From Thermodesulfovibrionales bacterium (GTDB taxonomy: Bacteria; Nitrospirota; Thermodesulfovibrionia; Thermodesulfovibrionales; UBA6898): a stretch of 50,379 bases of DNA. Of the stretch, positions 1-11,227 are shown piece after piece. The position numbers and the translations under genes are program-made. Position 1 is the first letter of the stretch; every line of letters starts with the position of its first letter. The stretch is from NCBI GenBank assembly GCA_044450345.1, contig JBIOIY010000014.1:1-50379 (forward strand). The letters run 5' to 3'. The notes below the pieces were generated by a model, which was not told the origin of the DNA, ran no database searches, and saw nothing but the letters and a program-made list of their open reading frames with translations.

Positions 1-1
1 C

Positions 2-151
2 GAGGGAGTGGAGATGGTGATGCCCGGGGACAACGTGAGTCTCTCGGTTGAGCTGATCTCGCCGATCGCGATGGAGAAAGAGCTGAGGTTCGCCATAAGA
101 GAGGGCGGCCGCACCGTCGGAGCCGGAGTCGTTACCGAGGTATTGGAGTAA
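2..151 (+). CDS. tuf: Elongation factor Tu, C-terminal fragment (truncated by window edge)
   Basis: Frame from nt 2 reads [12 protein letters not shown]...[16 protein letters not shown], the EF-Tu C-terminus; TAA at 149-151. Confidence 0.97.
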   Translation, partial: EGVEMVMPGDNVSLSVELISPIAMEKELRFAIREGGRTVGAGVVTEVLE

Positions 152-153
152 AC

Positions 154-459
154 GTGAATCAAAAGATAAGGATAAAGCTAAAAGCATACGATCACAGGGT
201 ACTCGATCAATCATTGAAAGAGATCGTAGATACGGCGCAGAGGACTGGGGCGAGGGTTGCCGGACCTGTTCCGCTGCCTACCCATATCAGCAAGATAACG
301 GTCCTCAGGTCTCCCCATGTGGACAAAAAGTCGAGGGAACAGTTTGAGATCAGGACCCATAAGAGGCTCATCGATATTCACGATGCAACGCCTCAGACAG
401 TAGACGCCCTCATGAAGCTGGAATTGGCAGCCGGGGTGGACGTGGAGATAAAATTATGA
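154..459 (+). CDS. rpsJ: 30S ribosomal protein S10
   Basis: [32 protein letters not shown] start. Confidence 0.99.
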   Translation: MNQKIRIKLKAYDHRVLDQSLKEIVDTAQRTGARVAGPVPLPTHISKITVLRSPHVDKKSREQFEIRTHKRLIDIHDATPQTVDALMKLELAAGVDVEIKL

Positions 460-1070
460 TCGGGATTTTGGGAAGAAAGCTCGGGATGACCCAGGTCTAT
501 GACGAGAGCGGAAAGATGTTCCCCGTCACTGTGATTGAAGCAGGGCCTTGCTGCGTTATACAGGTGAAGACAAAGGAAAAAGACGGCTACGAATCATCCA
601 AGATCGGATTTTCTGAGATCAAGAAGGAAAAGAAGGTCAATAAGCCCATGGGCGGTATCTTCAAGAAGATCGGGGTAAAACCCTATAAGATGCTCAAAGA
701 GTTTCCAATGGGTGACCTCAAGGTCGGCGAACTCGTGACTGTCGAGAAATTTAAGAAGGGCGATACTATTTCGGTGTCGGGTGTCTCGAAGGGCAAAGGA
801 TTCCAGGGAGTCGTAAAGAGACACCATTACGCCGGAGGTCCTGCGTCCCATGGCTCCATGTTTTACCGCGCCCCCGGCTCCATAGGGGCAAGCTCGTTCC
901 CTTCCAGGGTCTGGAAGAACAAAGGCATGCCGGGCCATATGGGCTCCGAAAGGGTGACGGTTAAAAACCTGAAGGTTGTCGATATTAAGACCGAGCAGAA
1001 TCTTCTTCTTATTTTGGGGGCGGTTCCTGGTTCCAAAGGAACGTATCTCGAAATTAGAAAGGAAAATTAG
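456..1070 (+). CDS. rplC: 50S ribosomal protein L3
   Basis: [22 protein letters not shown]; operon order. Confidence 0.99.
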   Translation: MIGILGRKLGMTQVYDESGKMFPVTVIEAGPCCVIQVKTKEKDGYESSKIGFSEIKKEKKVNKPMGGIFKKIGVKPYKMLKEFPMGDLKVGELVTVEKFKKGDTISVSGVSKGKGFQGVVKRHHYAGGPASHGSMFYRAPGSIGASSFPSRVWKNKGMPGHMGSERVTVKNLKVVDIKTEQNLLLILGAVPGSKGTYLEIRKEN

Positions 1071-1071
1071 G

Positions 1072-1701
1072 ATGCCAGAATTCGAAGTGAAAGATAAGAA
1101 CAATAAGCCGGTCGGCAAAATCAACCTTTCGGATGAAGTCTTCGGGGTGAAGGTGAAGGACGGGGTCCTTCATAATGCCGTGGTAAATTTCCTTGCAAAC
1201 CAGAGACAGGGTACCCACGCAACGAAGACGAAGGGCCTGGTCAGCGGAGGCGGCAAGAAACCGTGGAAGCAAAAACATACGGGCCGGGCGAGATCAGGCA
1301 GCAGTCGTTCCCCATTGTGGAGAGGCGGAGGCACGGTATTCGGTCCTCAGCCCAGGGATTACTCCTATGCAATACCAAAGAAGGCCAGGAGACTCGCGCT
1401 CAAGGCTGCTCTTTCCGGCAAGCTTTCCGACGGGGAGATTATCGTGGTCGAGACGCTTTCCATTGAAAAGCCGCAGACGAAGGAAATGATGTCTGTCTTG
1501 AAGAGACTGGAACTTGACGGTAAGAGCACCCTTATCATTGTCCCCGAATATAACGAAACAATCATGCTGTCCGCCCGGAATATCCCCGGCGTTACGGTGA
1601 CCAGGGTGTCGGACCTTAATTGTTATGACGTCGCAGCGCACAGCAGGCTGCTGATGACGAGACAGGCTGCTGAGATGCTGTCGGAGGCTGCTCAAAAATG
1701 A
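1072..1701 (+). CDS. rplD: 50S ribosomal protein L4
   Basis: RQGTHATKT, KKPWKQKHTGRARSGS; start moved to ATG 1072 directly after the rplC stop. Confidence 0.98.
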   Translation: MPEFEVKDKNNKPVGKINLSDEVFGVKVKDGVLHNAVVNFLANQRQGTHATKTKGLVSGGGKKPWKQKHTGRARSGSSRSPLWRGGGTVFGPQPRDYSYAIPKKARRLALKAALSGKLSDGEIIVVETLSIEKPQTKEMMSVLKRLELDGKSTLIIVPEYNETIMLSARNIPGVTVTRVSDLNCYDVAAHSRLLMTRQAAEMLSEAAQK

Positions 1702-1988
1702 ATAACGTATATACCGTAATAAAAAAGCCGCTCTTTACCGAAAAGGGGAGCGCCCTCAAAGAGTCGGAAAACAAGCTGCTTGTAGAAGTCGCCAAGGATT
1801 CCAATAAGCTTGAGATAAAGAAGGCCATTGAAGAGATATTTAAGGTGAAGGTCGAAAAGGTGGCGACCATCAAGACCCATGGAAAATGGAAGAAATACGG
1901 CAAGTCGATCGGGAAGCGGTCCGACAAAAAAAAGGCGTTGATTACCCTTAAAAAGGGAGAAAAACTTGATTTCATTGAAGGTGCATAA
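1698..1988 (+). CDS. rplW: 50S ribosomal protein L23
   Basis: [29 protein letters not shown]. Confidence 0.98.
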   Translation: MNNVYTVIKKPLFTEKGSALKESENKLLVEVAKDSNKLEIKKAIEEIFKVKVEKVATIKTHGKWKKYGKSIGKRSDKKKALITLKKGEKLDFIEGA

Positions 1989-2806
1989 TGGGAATTAAAA
2001 AATATAATCCGACGTCCCCCGGCAGAAGGTTTCGTACAGTAGTGGACTATGCGGATGTCACGGCGACAGAGCCGTTGAAATCCCTTGTAAGGCCGCTGAG
2101 GAAGACCGGCGGACGCAACAACAGCGGATGTGTCACTGCATGGCAGAGAGGCGGCGGCAACAGGAGGAAATACAGGGTCATCGACTTCAAGAGGGACAAA
2201 TTCGGCGTCCCCGCAGTGATCGATACCATTGAATACGATCCAAACCGGTCGGCCAGAATCGCCCTGCTGAAATACAAGGACGGCGATAAGAGATATATCA
2301 TCCTGCCTGCGGGTATGAGCATAGGGGAACAGGTCGTCTCGGGCAGGGGTGCGGAGATAAAAACCGGCAATGCCCTTCCGCTCAGTGATATGCCGCTCGG
2401 TACCTTTATCCATAACATCGAGCTGCGGCCCGGACAGGGCGCGAAAATGGTGAGAAGCGCGGGCTCGCAGGCCCAGCTCATCGCAAAGGATGAAAATTAT
2501 GTCCAGGTCAAGCTGGCCTCAGGCGAAGTCAGGCTGGTGCCAGCCAAGTGCATGGCTACCATAGGACAGGTGAGCAATCCCGACCATGAGAATATTTCTT
2601 TAGGCAAGGCGGGAAGAAACAGATGGGTAGGGAAGAGACCGCATGTAAGAGGCGTCGCCATGAACCCGGTCGATCACCCCTTAGGTGGTGGCGAGGGGAA
2701 GAGTTCCGGAGGAAGGCCGCCGTGTACCCCATGGGGCGTACCCGAGGGCATAAAGACGCGGAACAGCAAGAGGACGGACATGTATATCGTGAAGAGGAGG
2801 AAGTAA
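1988..2806 (+). CDS. rplB: 50S ribosomal protein L2
   Basis: [34 protein letters not shown]. Confidence 0.99.
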   Translation: MGIKKYNPTSPGRRFRTVVDYADVTATEPLKSLVRPLRKTGGRNNSGCVTAWQRGGGNRRKYRVIDFKRDKFGVPAVIDTIEYDPNRSARIALLKYKDGDKRYIILPAGMSIGEQVVSGRGAEIKTGNALPLSDMPLGTFIHNIELRPGQGAKMVRSAGSQAQLIAKDENYVQVKLASGEVRLVPAKCMATIGQVSNPDHENISLGKAGRNRWVGKRPHVRGVAMNPVDHPLGGGEGKSSGGRPPCTPWGVPEGIKTRNSKRTDMYIVKRRK

Positions 2807-2807
2807 A

Positions 2808-3092
2808 TTGCCACGGTCATTAAAAAAGGGCCCGTTTGTCGATGAAAAGGTCATGAAAAAAGTTAAAGATATGGCTTCGTCAGGCGAGAAGAAGCTGATA
2901 AAGACATGGTCTAGGCGCTCTGTGATCCTGCCTGACTTCATAGGGTATACTTTTGCCGTTCACAACGGGAAGAAATTTATCCCGGTCTATGTGACGGAAA
3001 ATATGGTCGGGCATAAGCTCGGAGAATTCTCTCCCACGAGGACATTCAGGGGCCATTCAGGCTCGACTAAGACTACTACGGTAAAGGGTTGA
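2808..3092 (+). CDS. rpsS: 30S ribosomal protein S19
   Basis: [27 protein letters not shown] start. Confidence 0.99.
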   Translation: MPRSLKKGPFVDEKVMKKVKDMASSGEKKLIKTWSRRSVILPDFIGYTFAVHNGKKFIPVYVTENMVGHKLGEFSPTRTFRGHSGSTKTTTVKG

Positions 3093-3096
3093 TGAG

Positions 3097-3429
3097 ATGG
3101 ATGCAAAAGTGACACTGAAATACGCAAGGATTACCCCGAGGAAGGCGCGGAGGATAGTCGACCTCATCAGGGGCAAGAAGGCCGGCGATGCGCTGCTGGC
3201 CCTAAGGTTCATGCCGTATCGCGGGGCGAAACACATAGAAAAGATGCTCAAATCGGTAATGGCCAACGCGGAGCAGAAGGATGCCAATGCCGATTCCGAA
3301 GCGATGATAGTCAGCGGGGCCGTGGACCAGGGCTCCATTATGAAAAGAGTGGAACAGAGATCGATGGGCAGGGCGAATGTCATAAAAAAGAAGTCCTGTC
3401 ACATAACATTGAAAATAACAGCGGAATAA
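3097..3429 (+). CDS. rplV: 50S ribosomal protein L22
   Basis: [17 protein letters not shown]; operon order. Confidence 0.98.
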   Translation: MDAKVTLKYARITPRKARRIVDLIRGKKAGDALLALRFMPYRGAKHIEKMLKSVMANAEQKDANADSEAMIVSGAVDQGSIMKRVEQRSMGRANVIKKKSCHITLKITAE

Positions 3430-3442
3430 TCAGGAGGAGATT

Positions 3443-4102
3443 TTGGGCCAGAAGACGCATCCCATAGGGATTAGGTTAGGCATTACAAGGACATGGGACT
3501 CCCGGTGGTATCTGAAGAAAGGATACGCCGACCAATTGCTCGAGGATTTGACGATCAAGAAAGAGATCAAGGCAAAGCTCTTTCATGCGGGGGTTGCCAA
3601 GATTGAGATAGAGCGTGCTGGCCAGAAGATCAGGGTTATCATACATACGGCAAGGCCGGGGATTATTATCGGGAAAAAGGGTTCGGAGGTGGAAAAGCTC
3701 CGCAAGGACCTGGAACTGATGACCGGAAAACAGGCTATGGTCGATATCAAAGAGATAAGGAAGCCTGAGGTAGACGCCCAGCTTGTTGCCGAAAATATCG
3801 CTCTCCAGCTTGAAAAAAGGGTCGCCTTCAGAAGGGCGATGAAAAAGGCCGTTGCATCGGCGCTGCGGTTCGGCGCCCAGGGAATCAAGATCACATGCTC
3901 GGGCAGACTGGCGGGAGCTGAAATCGCCAGGACCGAGTGGTACAGGGAGGGGCGGGTGCCTCTCCATACATTCAGGGCCGATATACATTACGGATTCGCC
4001 AAGGCGAAGACGACATACGGAATAATAGGTGTGAAAGTCTGGGTCTATACGGGCGACGTACTGCCTGAAGTGAGACCCAGTACGGAAGCAGCGGCTATAT
4101 AA
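3443..4102 (+). CDS. rpsC: 30S ribosomal protein S3
   Basis: [27 protein letters not shown] start after AGGAG. Confidence 0.99.
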   Translation: MGQKTHPIGIRLGITRTWDSRWYLKKGYADQLLEDLTIKKEIKAKLFHAGVAKIEIERAGQKIRVIIHTARPGIIIGKKGSEVEKLRKDLELMTGKQAMVDIKEIRKPEVDAQLVAENIALQLEKRVAFRRAMKKAVASALRFGAQGIKITCSGRLAGAEIARTEWYREGRVPLHTFRADIHYGFAKAKTTYGIIGVKVWVYTGDVLPEVRPSTEAAAI

Positions 4103-4114
4103 GGGGACTTTGTT

Positions 4115-4534
4115 ATGTTGATGCCCAAAAAAGTTAAATTCAGGAAGATGCAGAAAGGCAATATGAATGGCAAGGCCTACGCCGGCTCTGATGTGTCCTT
4201 CGGCGAGTTCGGCCTGAAGGCAATGGAACCCGGCTGGGTTTCATCGAGACAGATCGAGGCCGCCAGGATTGCGATTACACGACATGTGAAAAGGGGATGC
4301 AAGGTATGGATCAGGGTATTCCCGGACAAGCCTATTACAAAAAAGCCGGCTGAAACGAGAATGGGAAAAGGAAAAGGTGCTCCAGAATACTGGGTCGCCG
4401 TCGTGAAGCCGGGAAGGGTCCTCTATGAGATATCCGGCGTAACCGAGAGCCTGGCAAAAGAGGCGCTGCGGCTTGCCTCCCACAAGCTTCCTGTCTCGAC
4501 GAAGTTCGTGAAACGGGAAGGGGGCGTACTATGA
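4115..4534 (+). CDS. rplP: 50S ribosomal protein L16
   Basis: [20 protein letters not shown]. Confidence 0.99.
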   Translation: MLMPKKVKFRKMQKGNMNGKAYAGSDVSFGEFGLKAMEPGWVSSRQIEAARIAITRHVKRGCKVWIRVFPDKPITKKPAETRMGKGKGAPEYWVAVVKPGRVLYEISGVTESLAKEALRLASHKLPVSTKFVKREGGVL

Positions 4535-4728
4535 AAGTCTCAGAGCTGAGGGAGCTGGCGGTTGAAGAGCTGCAGAGGAAAGAGCAGGATCTGAGAAAGG
4601 AGCTCTTTAATCTCAGGTTCCAGCAGGCCACCGGTGAGATTGAAAACCCGATGCGCATCCGTAGGATTCGCAAGGACATCGCGAGGGTGCTGACGATGAT
4701 CACCGAAAGGGACAAGAAGGACAAGTGA
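4531..4728 (+). CDS. rpmC: 50S ribosomal protein L29
   Basis: [24 protein letters not shown]. Confidence 0.98.
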   Translation: MKVSELRELAVEELQRKEQDLRKELFNLRFQQATGEIENPMRIRRIRKDIARVLTMITERDKKDK

Positions 4729-4765
4729 AATTGCTGGTTATAAAAATGAGGTTGGAAGGTTAAAG

Positions 4766-5026
4766 ATGACTGATAAAACTTATACCGGAAAAGTAGTGAG
4801 CAGCAAGATGGACAAGACCGTCGTGGTCGCAATCACGAGACAGTTTCAGCACCCGGTTTACAGGAAGACCGTAAGGAAGGTGGCCAAGTTCAAGGCCCAC
4901 GATGCGAACAACGAATGCCGGGTCGGCGACGACGTGAAGATCATTGAGACGAGGCCGGTCAGCAAGGACAAGAGATGGCTTGTTCTTGAGATCCTGAAAA
5001 AGGCCGCAAGGAGCAGCGAAAAATGA
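4766..5026 (+). CDS. rpsQ: 30S ribosomal protein S17
   Basis: [25 protein letters not shown]. Confidence 0.98.
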   Translation: MTDKTYTGKVVSSKMDKTVVVAITRQFQHPVYRKTVRKVAKFKAHDANNECRVGDDVKIIETRPVSKDKRWLVLEILKKAARSSEK

Positions 5027-5391
5027 TCCAGCTCAGGAGCATGCTTGAAGTAGCAGACAATTCCGGCGCAAAGCGGGTTCAGTGCGTTAAGGTCCTCGGA
5101 GGATCGCGCAGAAGGTATGCGGGGCTGGGAGACGTTGTCGTCGTTAGCGTAAAGGAGGCCCTGCCGGACAGCAACATCAAGAAAGGTTCGGTCACCAAGG
5201 CGGTCGTGGTCCGCACGAGGAAAGAGGCGAGAAGACCCGACGGTTCCTATATACGCTTCGATCAGAACGCGGTAGTTCTGATCAATCCGCAGGGCGAGCC
5301 TGTGGGGACGAGAATATTCGGACCGGTCGCGAGAGAGCTGAGGTGGAAGGAATACATGAAGATAATTTCTCTCGCCCCAGAGGTACTGTAG
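5023..5391 (+). CDS. rplN: 50S ribosomal protein L14
   Basis: [27 protein letters not shown]. Confidence 0.99.
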   Translation: MIQLRSMLEVADNSGAKRVQCVKVLGGSRRRYAGLGDVVVVSVKEALPDSNIKKGSVTKAVVVRTRKEARRPDGSYIRFDQNAVVLINPQGEPVGTRIFGPVARELRWKEYMKIISLAPEVL

Positions 5392-5399
5392 GAGGATAT

Positions 5400-5717
5400 A
5401 TGGCTTTAGGAATAAGGAAAGAAGATACGGTCCACGTCACGACAGGCAAATACAGAGGAAGAACAGGGCGTGTGCTTAAGGTCGACAAGGGGAAAGGCGC
5501 TATATTGATAGAGAAGATCAACATCATCAAGAAACATATGAAACCGAACAAGACATACACGCAGGGGGGCATCATCGAAAAAGAGGCCCCGATTCAGCTG
5601 TCCAATGTCATGCTCGTCTGTCCGAAGTGCAACAAGCCGACCAGGGTAGGAGCAACGGTCTTCGAAGGCGGCAATAAACACAGGACGTGCAAAAAATGCA
5701 AGGAGGTCATTGACTGA
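5400..5717 (+). CDS. rplX: 50S ribosomal protein L24
   Basis: KOW-type N-terminus, [10 protein letters not shown]; start moved to ATG 5400 after AGGAGG; two CxxC pairs near the C-terminus. Confidence 0.97.
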   Translation: MALGIRKEDTVHVTTGKYRGRTGRVLKVDKGKGAILIEKINIIKKHMKPNKTYTQGGIIEKEAPIQLSNVMLVCPKCNKPTRVGATVFEGGNKHRTCKKCKEVID

Positions 5718-5719
5718 TA

Positions 5720-6262
5720 ATGGCTCCACGGCTTAAGGAAAAATACAAGAAAGATATCATCCCCGCAATGATGAAGGAGTTCTCGTATAAAAATATTATG
5801 CAGGCTCCTAAGATTCAGAAGGTCGTCCTGAACGTCGGGCTCGGCGAGGCCATCACGAACATAAAACTTCTCGATGCCGCGCAGAAGGAGCTTGCGATGA
5901 TCACCGGGCAGAAGGCGCTTGTGACAAAGGCCAAGAAATCGATCGCAACATTCAAGTTGAGGCAGGGGATGCCGATAGGCTGCAAGGTCACACTGAGGGG
6001 AGACGTCATGTACGAATTCCTCGACAGGCTGATCAGCGCGGCACTGCCGAGAATCAGGGACTTCAGAGGGGTTTCCGGAAAGTCCTTTGACGGCAGGGGC
6101 AATTTTGCCCTTGGGTTAAAGGAGCAGATTATTTTCCCGGAAATAGATTATGACAAGGTTGATATGGTCCACGGGATGGACGTCATCATCTGTACGTCCG
6201 CGAAGACGGATAAAGAGAGCAAGGCGCTCCTGCGTTACCTGGGCGTCCCGTTTAGAAATTAG
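5720..6262 (+). CDS. rplE: 50S ribosomal protein L5
   Basis: [25 protein letters not shown]. Confidence 0.99.
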   Translation: MAPRLKEKYKKDIIPAMMKEFSYKNIMQAPKIQKVVLNVGLGEAITNIKLLDAAQKELAMITGQKALVTKAKKSIATFKLRQGMPIGCKVTLRGDVMYEFLDRLISAALPRIRDFRGVSGKSFDGRGNFALGLKEQIIFPEIDYDKVDMVHGMDVIICTSAKTDKESKALLRYLGVPFRN

Positions 6263-6278
6263 AGAGAGGTATTATTCC

Positions 6279-6464
6279 ATGGCGAAAACGTGCATGATAG
6301 AAAAAACAAAGCGGCCTCCCAAGTTCCAGGTCAGGGCCCATAACCGGTGCAAGGTTTGCGGCCGGCCGAGAGGCTATCTGAGGCAGTTCGGCATGTGCCG
6401 TATATGCTTTAGAACGCATGCGCTCCAGGGGGAGATCCCCGGAGTGACGAAATCAAGCTGGTAG
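6279..6464 (+). CDS. rpsN: 30S ribosomal protein S14, short zinc-binding type
   Basis: 61 aa from ATG 6279; CKVCGR...CRICFR; GVTKSSW. Confidence 0.97.
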   Translation: MAKTCMIEKTKRPPKFQVRAHNRCKVCGRPRGYLRQFGMCRICFRTHALQGEIPGVTKSSW

Positions 6465-6476
6465 GGGTGAACTGAT

Positions 6477-6872
6477 ATGATGACAGATCCGATTGCAGAT
6501 ATGCTTACAAGGGTAAGAAATGCCGTCATGATAAAGTCCGAGAAGGTCGATGTGCCTGCATCGAGGATGAAACTAGAGATAGCGAAGATCATGAAGGAAG
6601 AAGGGTTTATACGGGCTTACAAGATACTGAAGGACAAGAAGCAGGGCATATTGCGGATCACCCTTAAGTATACTGCCGACGATGCAGCGGTAATTTCAGG
6701 CATCAAGAGGATCAGCAAACCCGGCAGAAGGGTATACGCCGACAAAGATTCGATACCGACCGTGATGGGCGGTGTCGGCATCTCCGTGCTCACCACGTCG
6801 AGGGGAGTGCTCGGGGACAAGGCATGCCGGCGGGAAAAAGTCGGCGGAGAAGTTCTCTGCCATATCTGGTAA
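6477..6872 (+). CDS. rpsH: 30S ribosomal protein S8
   Basis: [30 protein letters not shown]. Confidence 0.99.
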   Translation: MMTDPIADMLTRVRNAVMIKSEKVDVPASRMKLEIAKIMKEEGFIRAYKILKDKKQGILRITLKYTADDAAVISGIKRISKPGRRVYADKDSIPTVMGGVGISVLTTSRGVLGDKACRREKVGGEVLCHIW

Positions 6873-6884
6873 AGGAGAATCGAG

Positions 6885-7427
6885 ATGTCGAGAATCGGTA
6901 AAAAGCCGGTAGAGATCCCCTCAGGGGTCGATATAAAACTGCTGGATAGTACGATAAAGGTAAAAGGGCCGAAGGGCGAACTCCAGTGGAGTTTCCCGAC
7001 CGGGACGATGGTTTCGGTCAAAGATAAGGAGATCGTTGTTGGACGGGCAGACGACCAGAAGAAAAACAGGGCACTTCACGGACTGACAAGGAGTCTGATA
7101 GCGAACATGGTCCTCGGAGTTACCCAGGGATATCAAAGGGTCCTCGATATCGTAGGTGTCGGTTACAGGGCCCAGGTGCAGGGGAGGAAGATCGTTCTTT
7201 CGCTCGGATATTCTCACGCCGTTGAATATCACCTGCCGGAGGGCATAAACGCAGCGATGGACCAGAAGCAGACGCAGATTACCCTCACCGGGGTGGATAA
7301 GCAGAAGATAGGCCAGGTAGCCGCGAATCTGAGGGCACTGAGGAGTCCTGATGCGTATAAAGGCAAAGGGATCAGGTACAGCGGCCAGAGGTTGAAACTG
7401 AAGGTCGGCAAGACAGGCAAGAAGTAG
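6885..7427 (+). CDS. rplF: 50S ribosomal protein L6
   Basis: MSRIGKKPV, GVGYRA, YKGKGIRY. Confidence 0.99.
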   Translation: MSRIGKKPVEIPSGVDIKLLDSTIKVKGPKGELQWSFPTGTMVSVKDKEIVVGRADDQKKNRALHGLTRSLIANMVLGVTQGYQRVLDIVGVGYRAQVQGRKIVLSLGYSHAVEYHLPEGINAAMDQKQTQITLTGVDKQKIGQVAANLRALRSPDAYKGKGIRYSGQRLKLKVGKTGKK

Positions 7428-7479
7428 TGCGGGCGATCTGCTGATCCTCGCAGCGATATAAACGGTGTAGGAGGCTATT

Positions 7480-7842
7480 TTGGTTAAGAGCAGACAAGAA
7501 GGAAGGCATAGACGCCATGAGCGGGCCAGAAAAAAAATTACCGGTACAGGCGAAAGATTGCGTCTTTCCGTGTATCGGAGTTTAAACCATATATATGCCC
7601 AGATCATTAATGATACGGAAAACAAGACTTTGATCTCGGCTTCGAGCCTCGACAGCCCCGTAAAAGAGTTGAAGCAGCACAAGGGCAACTGCAAGACCGC
7701 AAAGGAAGTAGGGACGCTGGTGGCGAAGAAGGCGATCGAAAAAGGCATCAAGAAGGTCGTTTTCGATAAAAGCGGATATCTTTATCACGGCAGGATAAAG
7801 GCGCTGGCGGACGCTGCCAGGGAAGCGGGACTGGAATTCTAA
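7480..7842 (+). CDS. rplR: 50S ribosomal protein L18
   Basis: [36 protein letters not shown] start after AGGAGG. Confidence 0.98.
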   Translation: MVKSRQEGRHRRHERARKKITGTGERLRLSVYRSLNHIYAQIINDTENKTLISASSLDSPVKELKQHKGNCKTAKEVGTLVAKKAIEKGIKKVVFDKSGYLYHGRIKALADAAREAGLEF

Positions 7843-7871
7843 CATGACTGAGAATTGTGCAAGGAGGCAAG

Positions 7872-8381
7872 GTGGGAAGGATTGACCCGGAAGGTTTGAA
7901 TTTAAAAGATAAGGTAGTTTACATAAATAGGGTAGCCAAGGTAGTGAAGGGAGGCAGGCGTTTTTCCTTCAGCGCCCTCGTCGTTGTAGGTGACGGGGAA
8001 GGGACCGTCGGCACCGGAAAGGGCAAGGCCTCCGAGGTGCCCGAAGCCATACGTAAGGCCGTAGAACAGGCGAAGAAATCCCTCCTGAAGTTCCCTTTGA
8101 AAGAGGGGACGATCCCCCACAGGATTGTGGGCCAATTCGGATCAGGGCAGGTCGTGATGAATCCTGCCAAGAAAGGGACAGGGCTTATCGCAGGCGGCGC
8201 TGTGAGGGCGGTGCTCGAGGTGGCAGGCATTCAGGACATCGTAGCGAAGTCGCTGGGGAACCATAACCCCTTCAACACCGTCCAGGCGACTATAAACGGC
8301 CTCGTAAACCTGAAGGACCCCGACCTGGTCATAAAGCTTAGGGGCAAGAGTGAGGAAGAGGTACAGGAGGTCGCGGGTTAG
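7872..8381 (+). CDS. rpsE: 30S ribosomal protein S5
   Basis: [27 protein letters not shown] 7872 follows AGGAGG. Confidence 0.98.
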   Translation: MGRIDPEGLNLKDKVVYINRVAKVVKGGRRFSFSALVVVGDGEGTVGTGKGKASEVPEAIRKAVEQAKKSLLKFPLKEGTIPHRIVGQFGSGQVVMNPAKKGTGLIAGGAVRAVLEVAGIQDIVAKSLGNHNPFNTVQATINGLVNLKDPDLVIKLRGKSEEEVQEVAG

Positions 8382-8383
8382 AA

Positions 8384-8566
8384 ATGCTGAAGATAACTTT
8401 GAAAAAAGGCTACGTCGGCATTCCGGACAAACAAAAAAGGGTACTGCAATCGTTCGGTCTGAAAAAAATAGGGAGCACCGTTTTGAAAAATGACGACGCG
8501 GCGATGAAGGGAATGATACGCAAGGTTTCCCATCTTATAGAAGTCGAAAAGGTAGACAATAAATAG
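8384..8566 (+). CDS. rpmD: 50S ribosomal protein L30
   Basis: LKITLKK...GLKKIG...GMIRKVSHLI; lies between rpsE and rplO. Confidence 0.96.
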   Translation: MLKITLKKGYVGIPDKQKRVLQSFGLKKIGSTVLKNDDAAMKGMIRKVSHLIEVEKVDNK

Positions 8567-8587
8567 TCTGGAGGATTGACTGTTACC

Positions 8588-9028
8588 ATGAGGATAGAAG
8601 ATATAAAGCCTGCCGTAGGCAGCCACAAGCGCAGCAAGAGAGTCGGTAGGGGCGTTGGTTCAGGCCATGGAAAGACTTCCTGCAAGGGCCATAAAGGACA
8701 GAAGGCGAGATCCGGCGGCACAACGGGCCTCGGCTTTGAAGGCGGCCAGATGCCGCTGCAAAGAAGGCTGCCGAAGCGGGGATTCAAAAACAGGTCGAGA
8801 ATCGAATACGCCGTCATTAACCTGGACAAGATAAACGACCTCAAGGGGCTCGATGTGATTACGCCTGAAACCCTTATCGAGAAGAGGATTATAAGGGACA
8901 TCAAGGACGGACTCAAGGTGCTGGGCGACGGGAAACTCGAAAGACCCGTTACTGTGAAGGCCACGGCATTTAGTGCCTCCGCGACCGAAAAAATCACGGC
9001 TGCGGGCGGCAAGGCAGAGGTAATATAA
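8588..9028 (+). CDS. rplO: 50S ribosomal protein L15
   Basis: [31 protein letters not shown]; start uncertain (8576 or 8588). Confidence 0.98.
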   Translation: MRIEDIKPAVGSHKRSKRVGRGVGSGHGKTSCKGHKGQKARSGGTTGLGFEGGQMPLQRRLPKRGFKNRSRIEYAVINLDKINDLKGLDVITPETLIEKRIIRDIKDGLKVLGDGKLERPVTVKATAFSASATEKITAAGGKAEVI

Positions 9029-9029
9029 G

Positions 9030-10337
9030 TTGGGCCGCCTTCAAAGCTTCCAGAACATTTTCAAAATCACGGAACTGAAGAACAGGATATTTTTCACCCT
9101 CGCGCTTCTGACGGTTTACAGGGTCGGCTGCCATGTTCCTACTCCGGGTATAAATGGCGAAGAGTTAAGCAAATTCCTTACCCAGCAGGCGGGCTCTTTT
9201 ATGCAGTTTTTCGACATGTTCTCCGGAGGGGCCTTGTCCAGGGTCACAATCTTCGCCCTCGGCATCATGCCATACATCAGCGCCTCGATCATTATGCAGT
9301 TGCTTACGGTTGTCATCCCTGCAATCGGGAAACTTGCGAAAGAGGGTGAGGCAGGCAGAAAGAAGATCACGAGATATACGAGATACGGCACGGTCGTCAT
9401 CAGTGCCATACAATCCTTCGGGATCGCGGCCGGGCTGGAGAGTATGTCCCAGGGCGCATTCGTACAAAACCCGGGCTGGTCGTTTAGGTTGATCACGATG
9501 ATAACACTCACATCGGGGACTGCCTTCATTATGTGGCTTGGTGAGCAGATCACGGAGCGTGGCATAGGTAACGGCATATCCCTGATCATATTTGCGGGTA
9601 TCGTCGCGAGGTTCCCCAATGCAATAATCAGTACTGTAAGGCTGGTGCAGGCCGGTGAACTTTCGATCTTCTTCGTTCTATTTCTTATCATTATAATGGT
9701 CGCGGTAATAGCGGGTATCATCCTAATGGAGAGAGGACAGAGGAAGATACCGGTGCAGTATGCAAAAAGAGTGGTCGGAAGAAAGGTGTACGGGGGGCAG
9801 TCTACTCATCTGCCGCTGAAGATAAACACCGCCGGCGTTATCCCTCCTATCTTTGCGTCGTCCATCATCATGTTTCCCGCAACGGTGGCCGGCTTCATAC
9901 AGATCCCATGGGTCCAGTCGTTCGCGAAACAGCTGTCACCTGGAACGATCGTCTATACGGTTTTATATGTGAGTATGATCTTTTTCTTCGCCTATTTTTA
10001 TACGGCCATAGTCTTTAACCCTGTCGATATCGCCGACAACCTAAAAAAATATGGCGGGTATGTGCCGGGAATAAGGCCCGGACAGAAGACATCGGAATAC
10101 CTATACCGTGTACTATCGAGGCTGACATTTGTGGGTGCGATATATCTTGCGATTATCTGCGTTATACCTGAGATCCTGATTACGAGGTTCAGGGTGCCTT
10201 TCTATTTCGGAGGTACCTCTCTCCTTATCGCGGTGGGCGTGGCCCTGGATACGGTTTCCCAGATAGAATCTCATCTGGTGACCCGTTCTTACGAGGGTTT
10301 TCTAAAGAAGGGCAGGCTCAAGGGCAGAAAGGGATGA
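9030..10337 (+). CDS. secY: Preprotein translocase subunit SecY
   Basis: IFALGIMPYISASII, WLGEQITERGIGNGISL, GGTSLLI; TTG start. Confidence 0.99.
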   Translation: MGRLQSFQNIFKITELKNRIFFTLALLTVYRVGCHVPTPGINGEELSKFLTQQAGSFMQFFDMFSGGALSRVTIFALGIMPYISASIIMQLLTVVIPAIGKLAKEGEAGRKKITRYTRYGTVVISAIQSFGIAAGLESMSQGAFVQNPGWSFRLITMITLTSGTAFIMWLGEQITERGIGNGISLIIFAGIVARFPNAIISTVRLVQAGELSIFFVLFLIIIMVAVIAGIILMERGQRKIPVQYAKRVVGRKVYGGQSTHLPLKINTAGVIPPIFASSIIMFPATVAGFIQIPWVQSFAKQLSPGTIVYTVLYVSMIFFFAYFYTAIVFNPVDIADNLKKYGGYVPGIRPGQKTSEYLYRVLSRLTFVGAIYLAIICVIPEILITRFRVPFYFGGTSLLIAVGVALDTVSQIESHLVTRSYEGFLKKGRLKGRKG

Positions 10338-10457
10338 CGCATTCGGAGATCCGCGAGGTTAATACCCGCATCTGGAAAGGATCCATTTCGTATTCGCCTC
10401 GCAGCGGTATGGCATTAATGGGACTTATGTCACAAAGACTGTTATTTGAGAATTGAT

Positions 10458-11207
10458 GTGATCTTTTTGAAATCTCCCGGGGAGATCGAAAAAATGGCCA
10501 AGTCGGGCCGGATTGTTGCGGATGTCCTCGAAGCATTGAAGGACGTGGTGAAAATCGGCCTTACAACCAAGGAGATCGAGGATTTCGCGGATGAACGGAT
10601 AAGGGCCCTTGGCGGCATTCCGGCCTTTAAAGGATACAGGGGCTATCCCGCGAGCGTCTGCACCTCTGTCAATGAACAGGTTGTGCACGGGATCCCGTCG
10701 GCGCGGGTGCTCAAGGATGGTGACATCGTGAGCATAGACATCGGTGTGTTACTGGACGGCTTTTACGGCGACGCTGCAATAACCGTTCCCATCGGTACGG
10801 TAGACAGGGAGGCCGCCGAACTTATAAGGGCGACAGAAGAGGCGCTGTATTTGGGAATCCAGAGCGCGGTTGAAGGCAATCGCCTCTATGATATTTCCGG
10901 CGCGATCCAGAGGCATGTTGAAAAGAACGGTTTCTCCATCGTCAGGCTTTTTGTCGGCCATGGAATAGGCAGGGAACTTCACGAAGAGCCGCAGGTGCCT
11001 AATTACGGGGTGCCTGGTCAGGGCCCGAGGCTGAAGAGGGGAATGACCCTGGCGATAGAGCCGATGGTCAATGCAGGCAGTCATGAGGTGATAATACTGG
11101 ATGACGGGTGGACGGCAGTTACAAAGGACGGAAAAAAGTCCGCTCACTTCGAGCATACGGTGCTGGTGACCTCGGATAAACCGAGAATATTGACTAAATA
11201 CAATTGA
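10458..11207 (+). CDS. map: Methionine aminopeptidase type I
   Basis: CTSVNEQVVHGIP, GHGIG..LHEEP, AIEPM, SAHFEHT; probable GTG start at 10458. Confidence 0.98.
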   Translation: MIFLKSPGEIEKMAKSGRIVADVLEALKDVVKIGLTTKEIEDFADERIRALGGIPAFKGYRGYPASVCTSVNEQVVHGIPSARVLKDGDIVSIDIGVLLDGFYGDAAITVPIGTVDREAAELIRATEEALYLGIQSAVEGNRLYDISGAIQRHVEKNGFSIVRLFVGHGIGRELHEEPQVPNYGVPGQGPRLKRGMTLAIEPMVNAGSHEVIILDDGWTAVTKDGKKSAHFEHTVLVTSDKPRILTKYN

Positions 11208-11219
11208 GAAAGTTATACT
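11190..11219 (+). promoter_or_regulatory. Sigma70-type promoter for infA
   Basis: TTGACT-18 nt-TATACT, ending 8 nt before the infA ATG. Confidence 0.55.
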
Positions 11220-11227
11220 TCTAACTT

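Noticed and set aside
7428..7453. Hairpin TGCGGGCGATC-TGCT-GATCCTCGCA between rplF and rplR
   Set aside because: Short, no U-tract, inside a continuous operon; at most a processing or stability stem
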